A stretch of 64,000 nt of DNA from Alistipes sp. (GCA_045588935.1 JAZNFC010000050.1:12370-76369); one strand, 5' to 3'; numbered from the stretch's first letter, positions 18,187-27,782 are shown. Notes: generated by a model from the sequence alone, not told the origin. Numbers and translations are program-made.

Positions 18187-19419
18187 ATGGGCCTGATATA
18201 CAGCTGTGGCATATGGTTTTATGAGCAAGGCATAAGAGTTGCCTCGCACTTCAACTCTAAGGCTAAACTTTGGTGCATAGGGCGCGAGGATATCTTCTCA
18301 AGGATAGCGCGTGCCATAGTACCCGATGAGCCAATAGTGTGGATACACGTAGCCTCGCTTGGCGAGTTCGAGCAAGGCAGACCCATCATCGAGGAGCTGA
18401 AGGTCTCGCACCCCGAGCTACGTATCATGCTCACCTTCTTCTCGCCATCGGGATATGAGGTGAGGAAGAGCTACCCCATGGCCGACTATATCTTCTATCT
18501 GCCGTCGGATAGGCCTCGCAATGTACGTCGCTTTTTGGATATCGTAAAGCCTCGTGCAGTGATATTTGTCAAGTATGAGTTTTGGCTAAACTATCTGCGT
18601 GAGCTTCGCCGACGCGAGATCCCGACATACCTTATCTCGGCCTCGTTTCGTCCGCGCTCCATATTCTTTATGCCCTGGGGCATAGGCTGGCGGCGTGCGT
18701 TACGCGGATATAAGCACCTCTTCGTGCAGAACGAAAGGTCGCAAGAGTTGTTATTGAAGTTGGGGTGTCACAATGTAACTGTCGCCGGAGATACACGCTT
18801 TGACCGCGTAGTAGCACTTGCCAAGGAGAGCAAATCCAACCCTTCCATCGAGCAATTTATCTCGAATAAGCCACTCTTTATCGCGGGCTCGACATGGGAG
18901 GAGGATGAAGTGCTATTACGCGAACTCATAGCCCAACACCCTGATATAAGATTCATCATCGCCCCTCATGAGATTGGCGAGGAGCGCGTAGCTCGCCTCA
19001 AGGCATCGCTTCGAAGTGCAGTGCTCTATACCGAGTTCATCAAGAATGAAAACTCGACAGAGGCACAGGTTCTGATACTCAATACCATGGGCATGCTTGG
19101 CGGCATATATCGCTATGCTCGATGGGCATATATCGGCGGGGGGTTTGGCCGCGGAATACACAACACACTTGAGGCTGCTACATACGGTCTGCCCATCGCC
19201 TTTGGCCCCAACTACAAGAAGTTTAACGAAGCGATTGGCCTTATCGAGTGTGGTGCAGCATGCAGCGTAAAGAGTGCGCGTGAGCTATCCACATGGTTTA
19301 CGTTGCTTAAGAGTGACGATGCCGCACGGCAACGTGCAAGCGACGCATCACGGAGCTATACCGCACAAAACTGCGGAGCAACAAAACTTATAATCGAAGC
19401 GCTCGACAATAGTCTATAA
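18187..19419 (+). CDS. waaA: 3-deoxy-D-manno-octulosonic acid (Kdo) transferase
   Basis: WIHVASLGEFEQ, TFFSPSG, GDTRFD, AGSTW and HNTLEAA motifs. Confidence 0.95.
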   Translation: MGLIYSCGIWFYEQGIRVASHFNSKAKLWCIGREDIFSRIARAIVPDEPIVWIHVASLGEFEQGRPIIEELKVSHPELRIMLTFFSPSGYEVRKSYPMADYIFYLPSDRPRNVRRFLDIVKPRAVIFVKYEFWLNYLRELRRREIPTYLISASFRPRSIFFMPWGIGWRRALRGYKHLFVQNERSQELLLKLGCHNVTVAGDTRFDRVVALAKESKSNPSIEQFISNKPLFIAGSTWEEDEVLLRELIAQHPDIRFIIAPHEIGEERVARLKASLRSAVLYTEFIKNENSTEAQVLILNTMGMLGGIYRYARWAYIGGGFGRGIHNTLEAATYGLPIAFGPNYKKFNEAIGLIECGAACSVKSARELSTWFTLLKSDDAARQRASDASRSYTAQNCGATKLIIEALDNSL

Positions 19420-19427
19420 AAAATGCA

Positions 19428-19463
19428 AAGCGGGTGACTATACAGTAAAATAGTCACCCACTT
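19428..19463. repeat. REP-like palindrome copy 2
   Basis: AAGCGGGTGACTA-tacagtaaaa-TAGTCACCCACTT. Confidence 0.8.
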
Positions 19464-19471
19464 GTTGTTCG

Positions 19472-19544
19472 GAGGTTGAATAACAAGATCTATTTTCAGG
19501 CTTGCGAAACAAAGAACGATTAAATAGACCTTTTATTCAGCCTC
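19472..19544. mobile_element. Internally deleted MITE-like element with ~23-bp terminal inverted repeats
   Basis: GAGGTTGAATAACAAGATCTATTT ... AAATAGACCTTTTATTCAGCCTC, enclosing the AGGCTTGCGAA motif shared with the 3642 and 12066 copies. Confidence 0.55.
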
Positions 19545-19557
19545 ATGCGCGGCTCCT

Positions 19558-20028
19558 TTAGAGAATAGGCTCGCTCTCCACAGCACGTGTAAGCTCTGCC
19601 TCCTCACGTACCACGGCAGGTATCTCGCTACGCTCATAGACGCTCTCGACAGCAGGCTTGCTGTTGCTTGTCAGCGTCAATATCTTATCCTCGGAGGTAA
19701 GTACGAAGCTATATGTTGAGCCCCACGCCTCACCATCACTATACACGCCACTCAACACTCCATTAGAGACACTAAAACTACCCGTATAGAGCTCATAAAA
19801 GACCGTATATGAGCGCTGATAAAGCTCAAACGAACCATCATTCTTAAGCCCAAGATAGATATCCACCGGAGAATCTTCGTCATTCCAGGTCTTGAGCCGC
19901 CACTCACCAATCAAGCCCTCCTCGCTGATGTTGCCACCACCGCCATTATTACCACCATCATCTACCGGCTCACAAGCTACAAATGCTACTACGAGCGCCA
20001 TAAGTGACCATATCTTAAAATTCTTCAT
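19558..20028 (-). CDS. Lipocalin-like lipoprotein (module 3)
   Basis: Lipobox FVAC, LIGEWRL (lipocalin GxW), and the GSF..YQR and LSGVYSDG..W motifs shared with paralogues. Confidence 0.8.
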   Translation of the reverse strand: MKNFKIWSLMALVVAFVACEPVDDGGNNGGGGNISEEGLIGEWRLKTWNDEDSPVDIYLGLKNDGSFELYQRSYTVFYELYTGSFSVSNGVLSGVYSDGEAWGSTYSFVLTSEDKILTLTSNSKPAVESVYERSEIPAVVREEAELTRAVESEPIL

Positions 20029-20071
20029 ATCTCAATAGTTTTACCTATATTATTTCTTTCAAGTAGCAAGA

Positions 20072-22123
20072 CTACATCCAACCACCAGCCTCGGGGTTAA
20101 GTGCATCATTAACCTTAATATCGGGACGAGCAATAAGTGCAAACTCACGCTCCGCGACCATACCTCCGGTAAGCATATCTCCACCGGGGGTAGAGCCTCC
20201 GGCAATGAACTTAACCTTAATAATCGCGCTACCGGGCTTCGAGCAATTTACCAATAACTTACCTCCCATAATATTAAGGCTCGTAACACCCAACTTTGCA
20301 CGATCCTCCTCGCTGATCGACACGCTCTGATATGCCGTAATCGTAAGGTTACCATCACCAATATACTTACCAAGTTCAATGACAGCATCCTCACCCACAG
20401 GTGCAGGAATAGCCGTAATACCTCGCATAATCATCAACGCCTGAAAAGCATCAACAACACCCGTACCCATCTTATTATAATAGTTGGCAAGGTTGAGCGT
20501 CTTATTATAGGGAGCAGTACGGAAGCCCGTGAGACGACTATTAATATCGTTTACCGACGATAGCAACATAGCCTTAAACTCGTTAACAGTAAACTCAAGA
20601 CCATTCTCCACAGCATAAGAGAGCATCAAGGCAGCAATGCCCGAAACATGAGGACATGCCATAGATGTACCCTGCATATAGCCATACTTATTACCTTTCA
20701 TATCGGTAGGAATAGTCGAAAGAACACAGCCCTCTTCAGCCATTGTCGTGGGGTGATACTCTCCACCCGGAGCAGCAATATTACAGCCCGGGCCATAGCA
20801 TGTATAGTATGCAGGCATACCATCGGGAGCAATACCCGTAACGGCAATATAGTCGCGGTACGCGGCAGGATAACCGGCACGATCAACACCATCATTACCT
20901 GCAGCAAAGATTACAATACCGCCCTTCAGTGCCGGACAGCGAGGATTCTCCTCGTTGTGGGTCATAAAGTAGAGCAACGCCTTGTAGATGGCACTCGTCA
21001 AGCCATTTTGGAATTGGCTATCGTAAGCCAAAGAGAGTGCACCAGACTCTCCATACACGGGGAAGCCCCATGAGTTCTGCAAAATGCTGGCACCACGGTC
21101 CGCAGCATACTCAATAGCCGCAGCATCATCCTCATAGCTAGCCGTATCGGTGCCCGACATAATTTGGCAAGAGATAAGCTTCACGCCATCACCCTTACCC
21201 GTACCTCCTGCAACACCCGAGACACCCTTGCCATTGTTATTCACCGCAGCAACAGTACCTGCCACATGGGTACCATGTCCGGAGTCACCCTGACGATCCC
21301 ACGATACGGGACCCTTACGCAAGAAGTTATAGCCGTAGATATCATCTGTAAAGCCATTACCATCGTCATCGACACCGGGTACACCATTCAACTCGGCCTC
21401 ATTGGCAAGCATATTGTCGGCCAGATCCTCATGCTCGTAGCAAACGCCCTCATCGACAATACCTACGATAACCTGGCTGTTACCTGCCGTATATTTCCAT
21501 GCCGCATAAGCATTGATATCGGCACCGGCCAAGGCATTAGGGAAATTTACACTACCCGTATTGTTATAGTGCCACTGCAAGGGCAACATAGGATCGTTGA
21601 AGGGATACTCCTCACCTGCGGCCGCTGCACGTGTAGCGGCAAGCTGCGCCTCACTAACGCCAATAGCCTGACATCGGGGAGCAACAACACGTCCCGAGAA
21701 CTCCACACCCTGCACCTCATTAAGCGTGGCGAAGCTGCGTGCAGCATAATCCAGATCGACATCCTCCGGGAACCTGACAACGTAATAACGATCCATACCG
21801 AGCTCGCGCTTGAGCTTTGCATTGACCTTCATATTAAACACCGGAGATATATCCGTAACACCGAGTTCCGTGGCTATCATATCGAATGCCGAGAGGCCGG
21901 AGCGCGTTGCAGCAGGCGCTGCACTAAACGCCGTAGCACCCTCCTCGTTCATCACCAAGATGAGCCTACCCTTCTCGGCCTCAACAGAGGTGTTAATCAT
22001 CTTCGCAGCAATAGCCATATCCTCGGCATTGGCTGCACCATTATCCAGCTTGTCGGTCACACACGACACCGCAACAAGTGCGACAAGTGAAATAAGCAGA
22101 TAGTTTAATTTGTTCATATCCAT
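20072..22123 (-). CDS. Subtilisin-like S8 serine peptidase, lipoprotein (module 3)
   Basis: Lipobox AVSC; triad IVDEG / HGTHVAG / GTSMACPHV; oxyanion AAGN; N-terminal prodomain. Confidence 0.95.
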   Translation of the reverse strand: MDMNKLNYLLISLVALVAVSCVTDKLDNGAANAEDMAIAAKMINTSVEAEKGRLILVMNEEGATAFSAAPAATRSGLSAFDMIATELGVTDISPVFNMKVNAKLKRELGMDRYYVVRFPEDVDLDYAARSFATLNEVQGVEFSGRVVAPRCQAIGVSEAQLAATRAAAAGEEYPFNDPMLPLQWHYNNTGSVNFPNALAGADINAYAAWKYTAGNSQVIVGIVDEGVCYEHEDLADNMLANEAELNGVPGVDDDGNGFTDDIYGYNFLRKGPVSWDRQGDSGHGTHVAGTVAAVNNNGKGVSGVAGGTGKGDGVKLISCQIMSGTDTASYEDDAAAIEYAADRGASILQNSWGFPVYGESGALSLAYDSQFQNGLTSAIYKALLYFMTHNEENPRCPALKGGIVIFAAGNDGVDRAGYPAAYRDYIAVTGIAPDGMPAYYTCYGPGCNIAAPGGEYHPTTMAEEGCVLSTIPTDMKGNKYGYMQGTSMACPHVSGIAALMLSYAVENGLEFTVNEFKAMLLSSVNDINSRLTGFRTAPYNKTLNLANYYNKMGTGVVDAFQALMIMRGITAIPAPVGEDAVIELGKYIGDGNLTITAYQSVSISEEDRAKLGVTSLNIMGGKLLVNCSKPGSAIIKVKFIAGGSTPGGDMLTGGMVAEREFALIARPDIKVNDALNPEAGGWM

Positions 22124-22153
22124 GAAATATTAGTAATCTCAATATATACACTA

Positions 22154-22600
22154 TTACAGATGACGCTCCGCATCTATAGCACGTGTACCCTCGGCCTCGG
22201 CCTTGACATCATCGGGCACGGCACAGGGCTCATACACAAGGACCTCATCATCGCCCTTGAGAATTAAACACTTCGGAGAGGATTGTATCGACACCTTGTA
22301 CGAGTTCTTCCAATCATAACCATCAAGATAGCTACCCTCAAGGATGGCTCCCTCGAGTGTATAGTCTCCACTATACTTAACATAGCTCAACTCATACACC
22401 TGCTGATATATATCGAAACTCTCATCATCGTTAAACACGATATATACCGAGAAAGGCACCTCCTTGTTATTCATCTCCACAAGATGCCACTCGCCCACGA
22501 TATCATCCAAAGTAACCCTAATATTTTCCGACTCCTTATCACAGCCTACTGCCGCCAAAACCAGCATCACGGCCAATGACCATATCTTCAAACTCTTCAT
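22154..22600 (-). CDS. Lipocalin-like lipoprotein (module 2)
   Basis: Lipobox AVGC, IVGEWHL, FDIYQQ and LEGSYLDGYDW motifs. Confidence 0.8.
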   Translation of the reverse strand: MKSLKIWSLAVMLVLAAVGCDKESENIRVTLDDIVGEWHLVEMNNKEVPFSVYIVFNDDESFDIYQQVYELSYVKYSGDYTLEGAILEGSYLDGYDWKNSYKVSIQSSPKCLILKGDDEVLVYEPCAVPDDVKAEAEGTRAIDAERHL

Positions 22601-22635
22601 AACGTCTATGCTATTATTTCGTTACCATTCAAATA

Positions 22636-24651
22636 CTACAACCAACCCTTATCGTCGTTCACAACACGCGATACAAGGAGTATCTCCTTCTTCACAAGCA
22701 TACCTCCCGTAACAGGACCGCCGCCTACCTGCTTACCACCTGCGATATAGCTTATGGTAATAGGAGCGCAGCCACTCTTGGTGCAGGTGAGATAGAGCTT
22801 ATTGCCCCACAACGAGTCATCAACGATACCGAGCGCCGAGCGTGTCTCTTCGGGTATCTCATAATTATTCGTCATCACAACATCGAGGTCGCCATTGCCA
22901 AGCACATCACCCGCCTCGATTGTCGTAGGTTCATCCACCGCAATAGGATAGCATATCACACCACGAAGATTCATAATGGCAAGTACAGCATCAAGCTTAC
23001 CCGTACCCATCTTGCCCTTATACGAGCTCAAATTGAGTTCATATGAACGACCCAAGTTATCCATCGTATAACATACCTTCGTACCGACAAGCTCATTATC
23101 GATGTTACGCACCGACGAAGTCAAGATTTCATATACACGCTCCGTGGTGAGGTAGATACCATGCTCCACGGCATAAGAGAGGATAAGAGCTGCTACACCC
23201 GAAACATGAGGACACGCCATCGAAGTGCCCTGCATATAACCATAGTTCTTACCGGCATACTCCGGAATAGTCGAAGGCACGGTAGAGAGCACACAGCCCC
23301 CATCATTCCACTCACGCTTTATATCGGTAACAATCTCCCAATCGCCACCGGGAGCTGACACATTACAACCATAACCGAAGTTCGTATAGCTTGTAGGGAG
23401 TCCATCCGGAGCATACGACGTGACCGAAATAATATCATGATATGCACCAGGGTAGTCCGAAGAGTCGTTAGCCTCGTTGCCCGCAGCAAAGATAGCCAAA
23501 CCGCCATTCATCACCGAGCAGTTTCTCTTGCTGACAAAGTACTGAATAGCTTCAAGCTCAACACCATATATGCGCTCATAGTCGCTATCCGTCATACCCT
23601 TATTGGGATAGCCCCACGAACACTGAATAATAGAGGCTCCATTGTCAGCAGCATAGTCGATGGCACGTGCATTATCCGCGAGTGTGGTATCCACCTCGCA
23701 GAAAATCTGGCACGACATAATGCGCACACCATCACCATTACCCGTACCTCCGGCAATACCCGAGACACCAATACCGTTATTATTCACCGCAGCAATAGTT
23801 CCTGCGATATGTGTACCATGGCCTACGTCATTCTCATGATCCCATGTGATATCACCATTCTTCTTGTAAGCATTAATACCGTAGATATCATCTATAAAGC
23901 CATTATCATCGTCATCGACACCGGGTGCGCCATTAAGCTCGGCCTCATTAGTCCACATATTCGCCTTCAAGTCCTCATGGTCGTAGTAAACACCCTCGTC
24001 CACCACAGCTACGATAATTTCGGGATTACCCGTAGCATATTTCCATGCTCCAAAAGCATTAATATCCTCACCCTCCTTGGCCGTTGAGAATATCTCCGTA
24101 TTACCCGTGTTATCGTAGTGCCACTGCAAGGGCAGCATAGGATCATCGTAAGGCATATCATCAGCTCGTGTCTGGGCAAGAAGCTCATCGGATATAGGCG
24201 TAGCAAACTTCTTGGGACGCGCCAACTTCGTGCAGTACTGCACACGTGACACCTCGGGCATAAGTGCATACTTCTTGGCTACACTCTCCAAATCGAAGTT
24301 CTCATCGAAGCTCACCGAAAACCAACGATGCAGACCGCGCTCACGCTTCTCCTCACTATTCATCTTCATATTGAAGACCTGCTCGATAGATGTTACACCC
24401 ATCTCCATGGCAAGAGCATCAAATGACGCATTACCCGAGCGTGTAACAGACTCCATCTCGCTCCAGCGCTCCGCCGTAGCATCATCGACATAGAGCAATA
24501 GACTACCTGCAGCGGCATCTGCAGAGCTATTAACAAACTTTGCGGCAACAGCGGCATCACCCGTATCTGCTCCGCGACCATCGACATCGTCGGTCATACA
24601 TGACGTAAGCATAGCCACCATACCGATCAAAATAGATATACTTCTCTTCAT
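22636..24651 (-). CDS. Subtilisin-like S8 serine peptidase, lipoprotein (module 2)
   Basis: Start reassigned to MKRSISILIG; lipobox LTSC; VVDEG / HGTHIAG / AAGN / GTSMACPHV. Confidence 0.95.
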   Translation of the reverse strand: MKRSISILIGMVAMLTSCMTDDVDGRGADTGDAAVAAKFVNSSADAAAGSLLLYVDDATAERWSEMESVTRSGNASFDALAMEMGVTSIEQVFNMKMNSEEKRERGLHRWFSVSFDENFDLESVAKKYALMPEVSRVQYCTKLARPKKFATPISDELLAQTRADDMPYDDPMLPLQWHYDNTGNTEIFSTAKEGEDINAFGAWKYATGNPEIIVAVVDEGVYYDHEDLKANMWTNEAELNGAPGVDDDDNGFIDDIYGINAYKKNGDITWDHENDVGHGTHIAGTIAAVNNNGIGVSGIAGGTGNGDGVRIMSCQIFCEVDTTLADNARAIDYAADNGASIIQCSWGYPNKGMTDSDYERIYGVELEAIQYFVSKRNCSVMNGGLAIFAAGNEANDSSDYPGAYHDIISVTSYAPDGLPTSYTNFGYGCNVSAPGGDWEIVTDIKREWNDGGCVLSTVPSTIPEYAGKNYGYMQGTSMACPHVSGVAALILSYAVEHGIYLTTERVYEILTSSVRNIDNELVGTKVCYTMDNLGRSYELNLSSYKGKMGTGKLDAVLAIMNLRGVICYPIAVDEPTTIEAGDVLGNGDLDVVMTNNYEIPEETRSALGIVDDSLWGNKLYLTCTKSGCAPITISYIAGGKQVGGGPVTGGMLVKKEILLVSRVVNDDKGWL

Positions 24652-24703
24652 AGATGTATTTATTGTTTTTGTTTTTAGCATTTTACAATACTCTCTCAAG
24701 GTG

Positions 24704-24711
24704 CAAAGATA
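24704..24711 (-). promoter_or_regulatory. Internal -7 promoter element for modules 2 and 3
   Basis: TATCTTTG on the minus strand, 52 nt upstream of the S8 ATG at 24651. Confidence 0.6.
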
Positions 24712-24806
24712 GCAATTTTTCGCAAACTACAATAACACAATACAAAGAGTTGCATATTGCATATGCAGGAATATCGCGTATCATACGAGAAAAACCACAT
24801 ATAAAC

Positions 24807-24843
24807 AAAAAAGACGTCGGCAGCTTACGCCACCGACATCTTT
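24807..24843 (-). terminator. Intrinsic terminator after module 1
   Basis: Minus strand AAAGATGTCGGTGGC-GTAA-GCTGCCGACGTCTTT followed by TTT (GNRA tetraloop). Confidence 0.8.
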
Positions 24844-24867
24844 GTCATGTCGTTACAACAACCTCTA

Positions 24868-25572
24868 TTAGAGGAAACGAACTACTGCTGAAAGAGCCTC
24901 AGCCTCGGGTGTAGTATCCTCTGTGCCAGTGTTGTCCTCACCACCCTCGGTGCCGGTGTTGTCCTCACCACCCTCGGTGCCGGTGTTGTCCTCACCACCC
25001 TCGGTGCCGGTGTTGTCATTACCACCCTCGGTGCCGGTGTTGTCATTACCACCCTCGGTGCCGGTGTTGTCATCACCACCCTCGGTACCGGTGTTGTCAT
25101 TGCCACCTTGGTTGTTATTGTTATCCTCGGGCTTCTCATCCTTTACATAAGCAGGAATAGTTGTGTTTACATAAACACTTGTGATCGAACGATCCTCCTC
25201 GCTATAGAGGCGAAGCTCTGAAGCATCGAAAGCAACCTCTACCTTGTAGTCGTTCTTCCATGAACCACCATCAGCATATACACCTGTAAGCATATCGCCA
25301 TCAACCTCATACGTACCCTTGAAACTTACGTACTCGGCAGCCCAACGCTGATAGAGTGTGAAAGTACCCTCCTCGGTGAAGGCGATGTAAACATCGTAAT
25401 GACCCTTTACGTCATCATAGTTTACAAGCTGCCACTCGGCTACAATCTTGGTAGAAATCTCCGAAACAGGACAAGGTCTGGGCTTCTTGGGACCCTCTTC
25501 GGTCTCGGTGCCACAGCCAACCATTGCCACAAGCAAAGCTATTGCAAGTGACCATATCTTCAAATTCTTCAT
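24868..25572 (-). CDS. Lipocalin-like lipoprotein with acidic repeat tail (module 1)
   Basis: Lipobox MVGC, IVAEWQL, FTLYQR and LTGVYADGGSW motifs; C-terminal 9-aa repeats. Confidence 0.82.
   Translation of the reverse strand: MKNLKIWSLAIALLVAMVGCGTETEEGPKKPRPCPVSEISTKIVAEWQLVNYDDVKGHYDVYIAFTEEGTFTLYQRWAAEYVSFKGTYEVDGDMLTGVYADGGSWKNDYKVEVAFDASELRLYSEEDRSITSVYVNTTIPAYVKDEKPEDNNNNQGGNDNTGTEGGDDNTGTEGGNDNTGTEGGNDNTGTEGGEDNTGTEGGEDNTGTEGGEDNTGTEDTTPEAEALSAVVRFL
24919..25107 (-). repeat. Coding tandem repeat, 7 x 27 bp (GG[N/D/E]DNTGTE)
   Basis: Unit CCCTCGGTGCCGGTGTTGTCCTCACCA on the + strand, with near-identical copies. Confidence 0.95.
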
Positions 25573-25620
25573 AATTATTCTACTGTTTTTTGAATGATTA
25601 TTACTCTATTAGTCACTATA

Positions 25621-27678
25621 CTACAACCAACCACCGGGATTAGTTACCTTGCCGTTCTCATCAAGCTCATAGTCCTCGCGAGCAACGATAGCAATCTCCT
25701 TCTCGATACGCATACCGCCTGTAGTTGAGCCACCACCGACCGTGTCGCCACCGGCTACCATAACAACCGTGATGACACCAGCACCGGGCTTCTCGCAGGT
25801 GAAGATGAGATTATTACCGAAGATTGTCTCGTTGATGATACCAAGACGCTTGCGTACATCATCAGGAATAATGATATCCTGAAGAATAGTCAAGGTAACA
25901 TCACCATTAGCAAAGAACTGACGTACATCGAGAACTGTCTCCTCACCTACAGCAACAGGAGCACATGATGTGCCACGTACCGACATCAACACCTGGAATG
26001 TGTCGATGATACCTGTACCCATCTGATTGTTGTAAGCCTCCAAGGTGTACTCCTTAAGAGACATGGGCGACGTACGCTTCTGCTCAGAGTGGAGATATCT
26101 ATTGATGTCACGTACAGAGGTCAAGAGGATAGTCTTGAACTGATCAAGTGTAAAGGTCTTACCCAGGTCTGAAGCATAAGACAATGCCAATGCTGCAATA
26201 CCCGACACATGAGGACAAGCCATTGATGATCCCTGCATATAACCATAACCCTCAGGATAGAGCGATGTAGGCAATGTAGAAAGCACACAACCCTCATTAA
26301 CAAGGTGATTATACTCATTACGTGCATACTCACCACCAGGAGCTGCAACATTACAGCCGGGGCCATAGTTGGTATAGTATGCGGGAAGACCATCAGCAGC
26401 AACAGACGTAACAGAGATGTACTCGTTATAAGCACCGGGATATGAAGCAGAAGGATAACCCTCGTTACCGGCGGCGAAGATGATTACACCACCATCAACT
26501 GCGGGGTGGTTCTTCGTTGATGCGAAATACTCAAATGCATCGTACTCCAAAGAGTGTGAACCACGCTTGAAGCCATTGTCGTTAGCGATAGTACCCACAG
26601 GAAGACCCCAAGAGTTCTGAAGAATAACGGCACCGTTATCTGCAGCATACTCGGCAGCCTGCGCTGTACTTGTAATCTTATTATCATCACCAGAGAAAAT
26701 CTGACATGACATGATGCGTACACCATCGCCATTACCAGAACCACCGGCAACGCCCGATACACCAATACCGTTGTTGTTTACAGCAGCTACAGTACCTGCA
26801 ACGTGAGTACCGTGACCCGTGTCACCATCCTTATCGAACGAGATAGCACCATCATCCACAAAGTTGTAACCGTAAACATCATCGATAAAGCCATTACCAT
26901 CGTTATCGACACCATCGCCGGCAACCTCCTTGGCATTTACCCACATATTAGCAGTCAAATCCTCGTGTGTGAAGTCAACACCCTCATCCAAAACAGCTAC
27001 AATAACATCTTTATTACCGGCAGTTAAATCCCATGCGGGCTCAACGTTGATATCCTCACCGGCAATTGCTATGTCGAGAACCACAAAATCAGGATTCTCC
27101 TTATTTATCTCATCCATAGCCTTTTTGCCGATATTCTTATAGTGCCACTGCTCGGGCAAACGAGGATCATTAAAATAGTTCTCTGCAGCAGCACGTGTGG
27201 CAGCAGCGACACTCTTCACGGGATGAGCCTCAAGCTTGGGAGCCTGGAGCTTCGTGGCGAACTGAATACGCTGTACAGCACCTACAGATGCGAACTTCTG
27301 GGCTGCAACATCAACATCAACATCCTCGGGGAAGTTTACCACAAACCAACGATCAAGGCCGAGAGCCTTCTTGCGGTCTGCATTTACCGACATGTTGAAC
27401 ACGGGCTTAACAGAGGTTGCACCGAGCTCTGAAGCTACAGCGTCGAACTCTCCAACACCTGTGTTTAGCACACTTTTAGCCTCTACGAGCTGACCCACAC
27501 TTGCCTTATCTACATAGAGAACAAGCTCACCCTGAGCAGCATCGGTAGAGTTATTAACGAGCTTCTGCGCCACAACTGAATCAGAGCCTGAAACCACGGG
27601 CTGATCTACAGTATCCGTAGCACATGCAGCTGCAAGCATTCCGGCCAAAGCTATCAATAAAATCTTACTCTTATTCAT
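25621..27678 (-). CDS. Subtilisin-like S8 serine peptidase, lipoprotein (module 1)
   Basis: Start reassigned to MNKSKILLIAL; lipobox AAAC; VLDEG / HGTHVAG / AAGN / GSSMACPHV. Confidence 0.95.
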   Translation of the reverse strand: MNKSKILLIALAGMLAAACATDTVDQPVVSGSDSVVAQKLVNNSTDAAQGELVLYVDKASVGQLVEAKSVLNTGVGEFDAVASELGATSVKPVFNMSVNADRKKALGLDRWFVVNFPEDVDVDVAAQKFASVGAVQRIQFATKLQAPKLEAHPVKSVAAATRAAAENYFNDPRLPEQWHYKNIGKKAMDEINKENPDFVVLDIAIAGEDINVEPAWDLTAGNKDVIVAVLDEGVDFTHEDLTANMWVNAKEVAGDGVDNDGNGFIDDVYGYNFVDDGAISFDKDGDTGHGTHVAGTVAAVNNNGIGVSGVAGGSGNGDGVRIMSCQIFSGDDNKITSTAQAAEYAADNGAVILQNSWGLPVGTIANDNGFKRGSHSLEYDAFEYFASTKNHPAVDGGVIIFAAGNEGYPSASYPGAYNEYISVTSVAADGLPAYYTNYGPGCNVAAPGGEYARNEYNHLVNEGCVLSTLPTSLYPEGYGYMQGSSMACPHVSGIAALALSYASDLGKTFTLDQFKTILLTSVRDINRYLHSEQKRTSPMSLKEYTLEAYNNQMGTGIIDTFQVLMSVRGTSCAPVAVGEETVLDVRQFFANGDVTLTILQDIIIPDDVRKRLGIINETIFGNNLIFTCEKPGAGVITVVMVAGGDTVGGGSTTGGMRIEKEIAIVAREDYELDENGKVTNPGGWL

Positions 27679-27782
27679 AAGTTTAATTATTATTTTTTGT
27701 TCCAAATTCATAAGCATGCTCAAACGCCATATTTCAAGGATAACGAAATCCACAATCTTCGTCGAGCATCTGTTTGACCCAT

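Noticed and set aside
21164-22090. 308-aa + strand ORF, and other long antisense ORFs (23437-24087, 29058-29744, 31465-32022)
   Set aside because: These are shadows of strongly codon-biased real genes on the opposite strand, with no recognisable motifs.
24919-25107. Possible CRISPR array or RTX repeat
   Set aside because: The units are head-to-tail with no unique spacers, in frame within a CDS, and no cas genes are present. The 9-mer does not fit the RTX GGxGxDxUx consensus.
20072-27678. Diversity-generating retroelement or shufflon behind the S8 paralogues
   Set aside because: No reverse transcriptase or recombinase is present, and no adenine-specific TR/VR pair is visible. All copies are full-length and co-oriented, consistent with tandem duplication.
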